A stretch of DNA of 64,000 nt. Source: an uncultured Candidatus Binatia bacterium. Lineage in GTDB: Bacteria > Desulfobacterota > Binatia > Bin18. A model generated the notes under the pieces. The model was not told the DNA's origin, did no database searches, and was given only the letters and a program-made list of their open reading frames with translations. Numbering within the stretch: the stretch's first letter is position 1; the number at the start of each line of letters is the position of its first letter. The stretch is taken from contig OZ243961.1 in NCBI GenBank assembly GCA_965214605.1, positions 862,912 through 926,911 on the forward strand. Reading direction: 5' to 3'. Shown here in pieces: positions 30,170-39,491 of the stretch. Made by a program: the position numbers and the translations under genes.

Positions 30170-31420
30170 TGGCTTTGGGGATTCTCTCGCTGGATTCAGA
30201 CCGATTTTATCGCTCCTCTGGCGCCCGCCGTGCGTCGAATCGCTCCAGCGTGTCGGTGGTGCCGCCGGGCAATCCGCGCACCTAGCGGAGGCGTTCTACT
30301 ATGCACTCTCGTTGCTCGTCAGGTAAATTCTGCGCCTGGCGTTCGGTATCGGCCAAGAACGCTTTGAGCCGCTCTGCTGCCACCTAGAAGACGTCGATGA
30401 TCTCAAGCAGCTCCTCTCTACTGTCCTGCAGTGCCTTCGCGACCCGCGTCCCCCTCCTCTTCGCGCTGCCACCGCTCATATTGAGCTTCTCGCGCTGACG
30501 TTCAATCTCCGCCCAACGCTCCCCCCTCTTCAACGAGCCGCGCGTTCTCCACTGAGCCTTCTCCAGTTTCTGGACAACGGCTGGGATGCGGGCTGGAGAG
30601 GTGCTGGTCCAGCGTCTCACACCACTGGTAGGACCACTCGGCCTGAAGGTATGGCGAGTAGACCTGCAGGCAGAGGTGCCCCCCGGTCGGGAAATCGCGC
30701 GTGCCGGTCCAGCCATCGTCCTGTGCGTATCGACAGATCAATAATGTATTCTCCGTTGACGTACCGGGCCTCCGCTTCCCCGGACATCTTGATGACGGTG
30801 AGGCCGATCGCCACCGTCCCGATGTGGACACCGTACAGCGCATCAGAGACCACAGGGCGTTATGATAGGGCCCCTTTCCGGGATTCTCGCGTTTGTCGCC
30901 CTTTGCGCGATGGAATTGCTCGGAGTTGGGCGCGATGACCACACGATGGCCATGTTCTTCCAAGGCCAGGAAGAAGGTATTTGCAAAGGCGAGGGTTTTC
31001 TCCAAGCCCGTCTTGGTCAGGGCCAGGTTGACGAACAGGTTCTTGGCTGGCTTGAGGTACCCGCCGTAGTTAGGAGAGACGCCGGCTTCGAAGAGTGGCT
31101 TAGCTCCGGTCACCAGCAGATATCGATCCTGTAGCGTCCGCCGCGCGGTGCGCTTCCTCCCGGACTTTCGGTCCAGAGGCGTTGGTAGCGAGCAAGCCCG
31201 TTTCGGCTGGGCACCGTCGCGCATCCACTCGAGCTGGTCGCCGGGACGACGCCGAGACACGGCTCAGGGGATACAGGTTGCTTCGGCGCTTTGCCGACCG
31301 CCAGTTTCGCCCAGCCGCCGCACTCCAGCCGCGGCGGCACGCTGAGCTGCGTGCAGACCCTGGCCATGTCGCTCGCCGAAACGCCGAACCGGACTGCTAC
31401 TTTGAGCATGGGTTCTGACT
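30170..31420 (-). pseudogene. decayed copy A of an HTH-containing hypothetical gene (paralogue of 36100-36852)
   Basis: The pieces MLKVAVRFGVSASDMARVCTQLSVPP..., GGYLKPAKNLFVNLALTKTGLEKTLAFANTFFLALEEHGHRVVIAPNSEQFHRAKGD... and a coiled-coil tail lie in at least 3 different frames. Confidence 0.6.
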
Positions 31421-31615
31421 AGACGAGGTTGTATCGTCCTTCTCAGCTTGCAGGACCGTCGCCGCTGTCGGCCGGTTGCGCCGGGATCTCCGGGTTGCTT
31501 TGTCCCTCTGCCACGCCGGTCAATCAGTCCCAATCCCAGGGATTCTACCAATGAGAACGCCTCTCGGGTTGATTGTGGCCCGGTCCTTGGCTCCACAAAA
31601 CCGCGGCCTACCAGA
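30610..31615 (-). repeat. direct repeat copy A (~1 kb, roughly 80% identical by eye to 36140-36955)
   Basis: Long collinear matches, for example gtattctccgttgacgtaccg.gcctccgcttccccggacatc at 30746 versus 36288, and caatca..cccaatc.ca at 31521 versus 36850. Indels are present: the offset changes from 5542 to 5329. Confidence 0.75.
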
Positions 31616-31618
31616 GCT

Positions 31619-34600
31619 CTAGTTGCAGAGACTCGAGAGCTCTTCTTTCGTAAGAACACGCACGCCACAATTGGCTGCGACGCCAGCGAAGTACATTGGA
31701 ACGACTTCGCTAAACACGAACAGCCCCTCTAGTGATGGCGACGCTTGCTCACCAACGAAACACGCGACCGCCGCGCGGTGCTCGTTCAACAATTTGAGCC
31801 GCACAAGGTGCTTTTTCATTCGATCGGGCTTTCCGTGAACGTTGAGTTCTCCGCGAAAATCGTGCAGCTGGCGAGCAATCTCGGCCATTGTCATTGCCAG
31901 CTCCAAGTCCTTGCACTCTATCGCGAGCACGCGACCCGCCTTCCAGGCAAGGACATCGACATCTCCGTAGTCCTGATCAAGCTTGCGGTTGAGAATCTCG
32001 GTTAGCTTGATCTCCAGTCGGGTCTTCCAACCGAGCTTTTCGAGGTGGGCAGCAACTTCCTTATTAAATTCCTGTCCGCGCCTGTTTTCGGCCGCGCCGA
32101 TCCAGGAGCGCATCCGTCCCGGAGGAAAGTCCTTCGCCTCGTAACCTCCCGTGTAGCAATAGTCCAAGACCTTTCGTATGCCTGCGCGGACCAACCCGGG
32201 CGCAACTAGATAGCGCGGGGATGGATCGTCGAGCCGCACGATAGGTCTGCTAATGAGGGCCAGACGACGCCGAAAGCGCCATGGATACCAGTCTTTGGGC
32301 CGGAATCCATTCGGCGTGGAAGCCCACGTGGAGCGCGGTGAAAGAGAAAAGGCTTTAAGTATCTTTCTAACTACCACTTCATCGAGCGGCTTAGAGCCAT
32401 CGAGAGCAAATATTTCCGTTTCGGTTGTCGAGAAGACCAACTCCTGACGTTTGATCCCCTCATCTTCCAGATTGTCCATGAAGATATGCACGTCATCAAT
32501 GGTAAAGCAGAAAGCTTCTGTCCAAGCCTCACAGAACTCAGGGTCCGGTTCTCCGCGCGCAGCGCCGACTAGCTCTACATCGCGAAAGTGTTGCTCGTAG
32601 GTGTTCGCGCCATGCCGATATCGGATGACACCGAGAGTCTGTCCGTAAGGAGTGACAATGGTCTCATCGAAGTCAACGTCCGTGTGCACATCGCCGAAAG
32701 GAGTGATTCTGATCTCTGGTGCCTTGCTCTGGTATCGGATTGCCTCAGACCATCCGCCAAAGCTGTGCATCTGCATGACCTCTGCGAGGAGTCGGGAGAT
32801 GTCAAGCCGGCCCGGGTGTATCCCGGCATCTTTCGGGCATTCGCACAAAGCCATCTCGACAAGAATTCGCGTGCTAAGCGACGCTGCGTTAAGCCGGGCG
32901 ATCTCTTTCGAAGCCTCCCTCTCGGCGGCCTCCTTGTCATGATGTAAGGAAAGGGCAGCACGCGCGGTCCTGAGCCAGCGGCCGGCCTCGATTTCGACGG
33001 CTTCGTGATTCCGTAGTAGGGCGAACAATAAATGCTCGCGGTTATACTCTTTCAGCTTCGACTGGAGCTCGGTCCAAATGCTGTCAACGAGGCTGTTGAG
33101 GTACTGACAGCAAGGTTCGATTCCCTCTATACGGGGTCCTTCGTCCAGCTTTCTTGACCGCCATCCAAGCCCAATCCGCGATAGCGCGTCATCAATCTTG
33201 GAGATCACAATCGGTTTGCCCCGCGCTTTGCGGGCAACGAAATTCCGAAATTCTCGGGCGGAGAATAGATGCATGTCGCGGGCCCACTGGTCCGGGACGA
33301 TCTGCTGGACGAGGGAATTAAATATCTCGGGCGAATGGTCTTCGCTGGACAATCGGCAGGTGCCTGACACGAATGCTTCGACGAGCAAGCTTTCGGCCAT
33401 GTTCTCGGGTACGCGAAACGAGGCTAGGAAACCGTCGTGAGCTGTGACACGTACAACGTGATCGTCGACGTTGATTTCAAGTAGTGCTTTGGCCTGAGCG
33501 CGCAAGGGAATTGGTATTGCTTGGTCTGTAGGATCCCTATCTTCGAACCGACATATCCATGCAATAGGACCTTCTGGCAATGACCGAATCTTCTCCTCGA
33601 TAACCCTTGCTGAGCGTTCGAGCCAGGTAGCGAGGGCGTGCCACAGTGGGAAATGAAGATCGCGATCCGTCGAGTTTGGTATTTCCACTGTGATCCACCA
33701 ACCGCGTGAGTTGGTTTCGCACACTGCCACGAGCCGTTGCTGGTCGAGGTCGTCGAGACTGACGTAGAGCGGAGCGTTCTCATCTTCTTCGAAAAATGAG
33801 CTCTCATCCAATCGTCGAACTCTGACGGTTCGCTTGTCCCACGTCCGTGCGCGGTGGATATCGCTGCTCTTAGCGCCTTTCTTGCGGACTTCGAGCAGAC
33901 TGTTCGGTTTAACAACGATCATGGACGGCTTGCCAGCTAAGTCGTCCGGCAGCTGGCCGTGAGGGATGAGATGACCTTCGAGTGATTCGGACCAGGCATA
34001 GAGGTTCAGTAGGCCGTTGACATTCATGAGACGAACGCCGATCTGGGCAAGGCGGGCCTGCATATCAAGCAAGCTCCAGAGGTTCAACGGAGAAAAGCTC
34101 GATGCCCAACTCATTGAAATTAGGTCCGGCGCCGAAACTGACTCGACCCGCCAGCGTCGGTCCTCAACGCTTTCGAACTCACACATCATCGGCCGACCCC
34201 AGGGACATAGGACGATCAACGACAATCCCGCGCGAAAGCGTGGCTTGGAAGAGTAAGCCTGCTGTATTTGAGCGATGCTAGTCTTTATCGCTCTACTGAA
34301 GCGACTAGGGTCAGGATTTAGGCCAACCACTCCAGTCAGATCGTAGTGAACGAAACTGTCGACGACAAAACAAATATGTAGCAATCGGCCTTCGTCGACC
34401 CAATCGGCTGCATTGGCGAAGAACACGCCGCCCAGCTTCTGGAATGGCAGCGGTGGCGCGAGGTCACCGCCGAGGAGAGGAACATTTCTGAAGGTCTCTG
34501 CGAATTCGTTCACGTAAACCCGATAGAGTTGCTCTTCGTATCCATTAGATAGGCAGAATTCAATGACCATCCGGCGAACCGCCATTGAGACGGCCGCTGG

Positions 34601-35401
34601 AAGCGTAAGGTAGAGATCACCGCCAATCGCGAGAAGCGGACGCCGCTCGAGCGAGGAATGGCCGTAGCTCTCACGACGCAATCGATCACGATCCTGTCTG
34701 TCCAGGATAAACGTCTCAATGTCTTCGCGTGCGATGCCCAGGCGGGCTAAATCGTTCTCGCGAAAAACAACGCGTTCTTTTGCTATCCCTCCCCGACGGA
34801 CGAGACTCTTGGCCACGCTGCGAATAGGTTTCGTGTCGCCCACAGCGAACGCTGGGATTCCGGAACGTTTGATGGTTTCATCAGACAGTGTGAGAAGAGC
34901 GTACGCCGCACGCCTAAGGCCAGCAAACGGCTCCTGGGACGGCATATTGTCTAGCACATTGATGAAGCATTGTAGATAGAACGCCGAGCTTTCGTACAGC
35001 CCCTGGAATATCAGGAAGTCCCGATTGCTGGTGGACACGCGCGACACGAAGACATCCTCTGCGGGGTCTTCCATTTGGCCAGCCCAACCTTCTCCAAGTG
35101 TTTCGAGCCAAGACGTCAGCGAGCATGTGAGCGGCGTTAGCTCGCCGCGCGCGTTCGCGACGGCGAGATGTTGAAGAAGCTCGAGGCGAACCGCACTTGC
35201 CTGAAACTCAGGCATAGTGAACAGGCCAGCGATAAAAGAGGTGAGCGACGATAGCTTGTACTTCCTTAATGAGCGCGCCAGCTTTCGATGCGCTTTAAAG
35301 AGACGCGAATACGTGGAGCTGGCCAACGGGTCTTCTTCTGGGTGGTACAGACTTTCGATGTGTTTGGTCACAGCTCCCAGTATCAGCTTTAGGCGGTACA
35401 A
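31619..35401 (-). CDS. large hypothetical protein (about 1250-1260 aa) with C-terminal PD-(D/E)xK nuclease-like motif
   Basis: Uninterrupted 3.78 kb ORF. The C-terminus FNKEVAAHLEKLGWKT...DYGDVDVLAWKAGRVLAIECKDLE fits a restriction-endonuclease-like D...ExK core. No GxxxxGK[ST] anywhere. Start uncertain: TTG at 35401 or GTG 30 nt downstream. Confidence 0.8.
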   Translation of the reverse strand: MYRLKLILGAVTKHIESLYHPEEDPLASSTYSRLFKAHRKLARSLRKYKLSSLTSFIAGLFTMPEFQASAVRLELLQHLAVANARGELTPLTCSLTSWLETLGEGWAGQMEDPAEDVFVSRVSTSNRDFLIFQGLYESSAFYLQCFINVLDNMPSQEPFAGLRRAAYALLTLSDETIKRSGIPAFAVGDTKPIRSVAKSLVRRGGIAKERVVFRENDLARLGIAREDIETFILDRQDRDRLRRESYGHSSLERRPLLAIGGDLYLTLPAAVSMAVRRMVIEFCLSNGYEEQLYRVYVNEFAETFRNVPLLGGDLAPPLPFQKLGGVFFANAADWVDEGRLLHICFVVDSFVHYDLTGVVGLNPDPSRFSRAIKTSIAQIQQAYSSKPRFRAGLSLIVLCPWGRPMMCEFESVEDRRWRVESVSAPDLISMSWASSFSPLNLWSLLDMQARLAQIGVRLMNVNGLLNLYAWSESLEGHLIPHGQLPDDLAGKPSMIVVKPNSLLEVRKKGAKSSDIHRARTWDKRTVRVRRLDESSFFEEDENAPLYVSLDDLDQQRLVAVCETNSRGWWITVEIPNSTDRDLHFPLWHALATWLERSARVIEEKIRSLPEGPIAWICRFEDRDPTDQAIPIPLRAQAKALLEINVDDHVVRVTAHDGFLASFRVPENMAESLLVEAFVSGTCRLSSEDHSPEIFNSLVQQIVPDQWARDMHLFSAREFRNFVARKARGKPIVISKIDDALSRIGLGWRSRKLDEGPRIEGIEPCCQYLNSLVDSIWTELQSKLKEYNREHLLFALLRNHEAVEIEAGRWLRTARAALSLHHDKEAAEREASKEIARLNAASLSTRILVEMALCECPKDAGIHPGRLDISRLLAEVMQMHSFGGWSEAIRYQSKAPEIRITPFGDVHTDVDFDETIVTPYGQTLGVIRYRHGANTYEQHFRDVELVGAARGEPDPEFCEAWTEAFCFTIDDVHIFMDNLEDEGIKRQELVFSTTETEIFALDGSKPLDEVVVRKILKAFSLSPRSTWASTPNGFRPKDWYPWRFRRRLALISRPIVRLDDPSPRYLVAPGLVRAGIRKVLDYCYTGGYEAKDFPPGRMRSWIGAAENRRGQEFNKEVAAHLEKLGWKTRLEIKLTEILNRKLDQDYGDVDVLAWKAGRVLAIECKDLELAMTMAEIARQLHDFRGELNVHGKPDRMKKHLVRLKLLNEHRAAVACFVGEQASPSLEGLFVFSEVVPMYFAGVAANCGVRVLTKEELSSLCN

Positions 35402-35865
35402 GCAATAAAATCGCGGCTCCGGTGAGTGAGTTCCTAAATCTGAAGGACCTCCCGCAAGCGTCTCGCTGCTTTGTGTCGGCGCTCACCCATTTCTTGAGCG
35501 TCACCGGCCTGGACCAGTGGTGACACTCGAACCAGGCCGGCAACTTGGGACCGTGTCTGCCGAACAGGACAGCCTCGCGCTGTCCGAACGCCAGGTAGTG
35601 TGGGTAACCGCGCAGCTCGATGGCGGTGATTCCGCCTGGGTGAAGGTCAAGACCCAGCTGAATCTGCAGCACGTGGACGGCTCCGGCCCGGTCCACCGTC
35701 GCGTCGGTTCGCTTGTAGGCACTCTGACCCAACCGTTCCAGCCCAGCCGGACTGGATGTACTTATCCGCAAGCCGACGGCCGACGCCTCTGCTGCTCAGC
35801 TAGCGCAGCGTGCCGGCTGTTCGTGGCGGCCACTGCTGTAGCAATTGGTTTATTTTCGAGCTCAT
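35400..35865 (-). pseudogene. AbiEi_3-like antitoxin-family gene, N-terminal remnant (in-frame stop, frameshift, 3' truncation)
   Basis: From the ATG at 35865: MSSKINQLLQQWPPRTAGTLR*, then ...GRRLADKYIQSGW, a frame change, then LERLGQSAYKRTDATVD..GAVHVLQIQLGLDLHPGGITAIELRGYPHYL...LFGRHGPKLPAWF..HHW. Similarity ends where the 1260-aa gene starts. Confidence 0.5.
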
Positions 35866-36099
35866 GCGACAACCAATCGGCGACTATCAAGCCTCAAAAT
35901 GAACTAAGTGTGAAGATTTCAGTACGGAGTTCAAATAAACGCCAGATTATGCCTAAACGACGACAATCTGGCGTGGAGCCGAGCTGGCCTCGGCAGCCCC
36001 TCAAGATCGACACCCGTATGTCGGGACGCCAGGTCGATCCAGCGACGAGCCGCGCAACTTCCACGGGCAGCGCTAGGCGGCGAAGTCACCTAGCGCGGG

Positions 36100-36852
36100 C
36101 GGGATGACACCAGTGTCAGGAAGTTGCTTTGAGGCGGTCGGACGTCAGCCACTGCGAAGGGCCCGACACCTTTTGCAGCTTCTTGAGGGTGGCGAGCGCC
36201 TGCTGTGAAAGCAGAGGCACCCAGACGGGAAATCGCGCGTGCTAGTCCAGCCATTCCTGTGGAAACGTCGTAGTCGGTCAGGCAAATGTATTCTCCGTTG
36301 ACGTACCGCGCCTCCGCTTCCCCGGACATCTCGATGACGGCGAGGCCGATCGCTGCTGTCCCGATGTGGGTCACCGTGCAGCGCATTGGCGACCACAGGT
36401 CGGTATGGTGGTGACGCTTTCCCGGATTCTCGCTTTCGTCGCCCTTCGCGCGGTGGAATTGCTCGGAGTTGGGCGTGCTGACCACACGATGGCCGCGTTT
36501 TTCCAAGGCCAGGAAGAATTGCGTTGGCAAAGGCGAGAGCCTCGTCCAACCCTGTCTTGGTCACGGCCAGGTTACCGAGCAGTTTCTTGGCCGACTTGAG
36601 GTATCCGCCGTGCCAGGAGACGCGACCGGCTGCCGGCTTCGCCCACCAGCCATACTCCGGCCGCGGCACGTTGAGCAGCATGCAGACCCGGGCCATGTAG
36701 TTCAACGAAACGCCGAATCGGGCCGCGACCTTGAGCATGGGCTCGGAGCAGACTAGTTCGTACAGCGCTTCTCGGCCGACAGGCCTCTCGCCGTGATTAA
36801 CCAGTGGTGTGGGGATCTCCGTGGTGTCCCGTTCCTCTGTCACGATGCTCAA
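36100..36852 (-). pseudogene. decayed copy B of the HTH-containing hypothetical gene (paralogue of 30170-31420), 3'-truncated
   Basis: ...EALYELVCSEPMLKVAARFGVSLNYMARVCMLLNVPRPEYGWWAKPAAGR... and ...FFLALEKRGHRVVSTPNSEQFHRAKGDESENPGK...IGLAVIEMSGEAEARYVNGEY lie in different frames. Confidence 0.6.
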
Positions 36853-36955
36853 TCAACCCCAATCTCAAGATTCCTCCCCGAGGGGTCGCCTGACGGATTG
36901 CTCCAGCCAGACTGCTCTCTGGTTCGAAACGCCGCGGGTCCGGTCTGCCAGAGGT
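36140..36955 (-). repeat. direct repeat copy B (partner of 30610-31615)
   Basis: See copy A. Similarity extends past the gene start into the upstream non-coding region in both copies. Confidence 0.75.
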
Positions 36956-37032
36956 CGCGAGGGTGGGATGTTACGCCGATCAATGATACAAATCCTCGGA
37001 GTATAGGATCTACACATCAAGTATTTGTATCA

Positions 37033-37650
37033 ATGGAGAAACGGCGCTCGCAGCGCGAGCTGGCACAGGCCCTTCTAAGAGAACGGGGAATCCTACGGTT
37101 AGCCGAGTTGCGCGAGGCCGGCGTGACCGCTGCGACGACGAGTCGTATGGAGCGGGCCGGTGAGGTCGTCCGTCTGTCGCGGGGAGTCTATCAGCTGTCC
37201 GACGTTGAGCTGGACCCGAACCACAGCTTGGCGGAAGCCGCAAAGCGGGTACCGAAGGGGGTCGTCTGCCTCGTTTCGGCCCTAGCGTTTCACGGCCTAA
37301 CGGACCAACTGTCGCCCAAAGTCTGGATGGCGATCGGACCGAGGGCCTGGGCACCGCAGCGCGACGGCACGCCCATTCGCCTCGTCCGCTTCACCGATAG
37401 TCTGCTGAGAGAGAGCTTTGAGACGCATGTGATCGAAGGCGTTGCGGTCAAAATCTTCGGAGCCGCTAGAACAGTGGCGGACTGCTTCCGGCATCGCGGC
37501 AAGGTCGGTCTGTCCGTCGCAATCGAAGGACTTCGGGAGGCTCTGAGACAGCGCAAGACAACCCCCGCGGAAATCGCTCGCCAAGCCGAAAAGGGCGGGG
37601 TTTCGACGGTGCTCAGGCCGTATCTTGAGGCGCTGACCGCCAATGCCTAG
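37033..37650 (+). CDS. abiEi: type IV toxin-antitoxin AbiEi-family antitoxin / transcriptional regulator
   Basis: MEKRRSQRELAQALLRERGILRLAELREAGVTAATTSRMERAGEVVRLSRGVYQL...VCLVSALAFHGLTDQ...IEGVAVKIFGAARTVADCFRH is the AbiEi pattern. ATG at 37033. Confidence 0.8.
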   Translation: MEKRRSQRELAQALLRERGILRLAELREAGVTAATTSRMERAGEVVRLSRGVYQLSDVELDPNHSLAEAAKRVPKGVVCLVSALAFHGLTDQLSPKVWMAIGPRAWAPQRDGTPIRLVRFTDSLLRESFETHVIEGVAVKIFGAARTVADCFRHRGKVGLSVAIEGLREALRQRKTTPAEIARQAEKGGVSTVLRPYLEALTANA

Positions 37651-38458
37651 AGAGATCAGGAATATCGGCGCCTCCATACGCGCCCGCCGGCAAAATCTCT
37701 CCAGAGAAACGGGTCAGAGCTTCGAACTGATACTGACTCGCTACGCACTCGAAAGGCTCCTCCATCGCCTCAGCACGTCTGCCTATGCCGAGCGATCCGT
37801 GCTCAAGGACGCAATACCGCTCACGAGTTGGTCCGAGGCTCCACACCGTGCCACGCGCGATCTTGACCTCGCAGGCTTCTGCGATCCAAGCCCCGACGCG
37901 ATGGTCGCCGTGTTCAAGGAAACCCTCGGCGGCGGACGTCGCCGACGGCGTCGAGTTCGATTTGGACGCACTTCGCGTCAACCCAGATCCGGGGGGAACT
38001 CAAGTACAGCGGACTACGGTTGCGTACGACAGCGTCGATCAGAGGTCATCGACTATCCGTCTGTGCTCGACCTTCCGAAACCGCGCCTGCGGGCCTATGT
38101 CCGAGAAACGGTGATTGCAGAGAAGTTCCAGGCTATGATTGCACTGGGACACGCAAACAGCCGAATGAAGGATTTCTACGACATTTGGCTCCTCAGCCGA
38201 TCGTTCCTTTTCGACGACGATCGGCTGGCGCGCGCAATCGCCGCAACCTTTGAACGACGTGGGACGGAGATTCCAGATGCGCTCATCCCAGGATTCGCTG
38301 AAGATGAGCAGAAGCAGCGTCAGTCGAACGCCTTTCTGGAAAACGTGGTCCTCGATCCCGGCAGCCTCGCCAATGTGATTGCGACGGTTTCCGAGTTCAT
38401 TATGCCGCATGCGATGTCGGCAGCAGAGTTAAAGCGGGGCAGTGAGCCTAGTGGTTAA
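37643..38458 (+). pseudogene. AbiEii/AbiGii-family nucleotidyltransferase toxin, internally frameshifted and deleted
   Basis: The ends match the family (IRARRQNLSRETGQSFELILTRYALERLLHRLS...RATRDLDL; ...RETVIAEKFQAMIALGHANSRMKDFYDIWLL). The middle switches frames: DVADGVEFDLDALRVNP sits in frame 2 and LRLRTTASIRG in frame 3, and it is shorter than expected. Confidence 0.65.
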
Positions 38459-38490
38459 CCTGAGAGCCCTGAGAACGAAGAACGATCGTT

Positions 38491-38720
38491 GCAGACAACG
38501 AAACCTCCCTTGATCTTCTCTATTACGAGGCTATCGCGCCCACGATAATACGCCTGATCAACGAGAAATCTGACGAACCGTTAACAGTGGGGTGTGCACG
38601 GCGTTGGGGGCCGGGAAAATCAAGCGTGCTTATGATGAATGGTGCAGGAGGCATTCGCCAGACAGGACCACGTGCTCCGCGTGCGTTTCAGCTGAAAGAC
38701 GAGAATATGATATTTGCGGC
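38491..38720 (+). pseudogene. KAP-family P-loop NTPase, N-terminal fragment
   Basis: ADNETSLDLLYYEAIAPTIIRLINEKSDEPLTVGVHG, then after a frame change WGPGKSSVLMM (Walker A of KAP NTPases). It decays within about 200 nt. Confidence 0.45.
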
Positions 38721-38925
38721 GGAAGAGCCAGAGATTGCTCTTCCGCCGTACCCGCAAAGACGAATTACGAACTACCTGATCGAAAACACGGCCCCTTCGA
38801 ATCCGCTCGTATCACGTTGCTGAGACGTAGTGATGAGACAGAAGTCGCCAGCAACGCGGTGAGCCTCGGCAACATGAAGGCGAAGACGTATCGCAGCGAG
38901 GGCTCGCCGAGGCGATCTGGGCCAA

Positions 38926-39386
38926 GGAGTGGTGATCGCCGAAGGCTTGACCGAACAGCTCAGCCTCGCAGCGGTGGCCGACAAGACGTGCTCTGCTGAC
39001 GATGAGTGCTATCCGCTTGACCTCTCTCCGTGACCCTAATCTCTGCGGATGGCGACGGGAATACCTCTGAGCCGGGAGGGTTTTTCGTCGCTCTCGGGCT
39101 ACCGACCTTTGCCTTCCTCGACAATAAGAAACGGCCCGCCAAAGAGGCACCAGCTTTGGCTGATGCGGGATTCAGACTTTTGTGTGAAATCCCCTTCCCA
39201 GGGATGGAGGAACTACTCGCATCCGAGGTCCCTCTGGAACATCAATGGGAATATCTGTCTTTCCTGTACGACGAGGAGTTGGTGCCAAAGGCTGGGAGCC
39301 CCGTTGATCGCCCTGATGATGACACGGTCCGCTCGCTCACCAGAAACGTTCTCAAGGACTATACGGGGATGGGGGCGCGCCGCTGA
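38926..39386 (+). pseudogene. OLD-family / TOPRIM nuclease, C-terminal fragment
   Basis: GVVIAEGLTEQLSL..., then in another frame ISADGDGNTSEPGGFFVALGLPTFAFLDNKKRP, which is the TOPRIM arrangement of OLD/GajA-like enzymes. No ATPase part is present. Confidence 0.45.
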
Positions 39387-39491
39387 GTTGATTGAGCTTT
39401 CAGGAGATGTCGAAAGAAATCATCACCATAATGAAGACCTGCTGCGAGTCGGGCCAGTCCCAGCGCAGCCAGAGGCAATGACCGGCTGCGC

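Noticed and set aside
35517-36107. 196-aa plus-strand ORF
   Set aside because: It is antisense to the AbiEi_3-like remnant, whose minus-strand translation shows family motifs, and its own translation is low-complexity.
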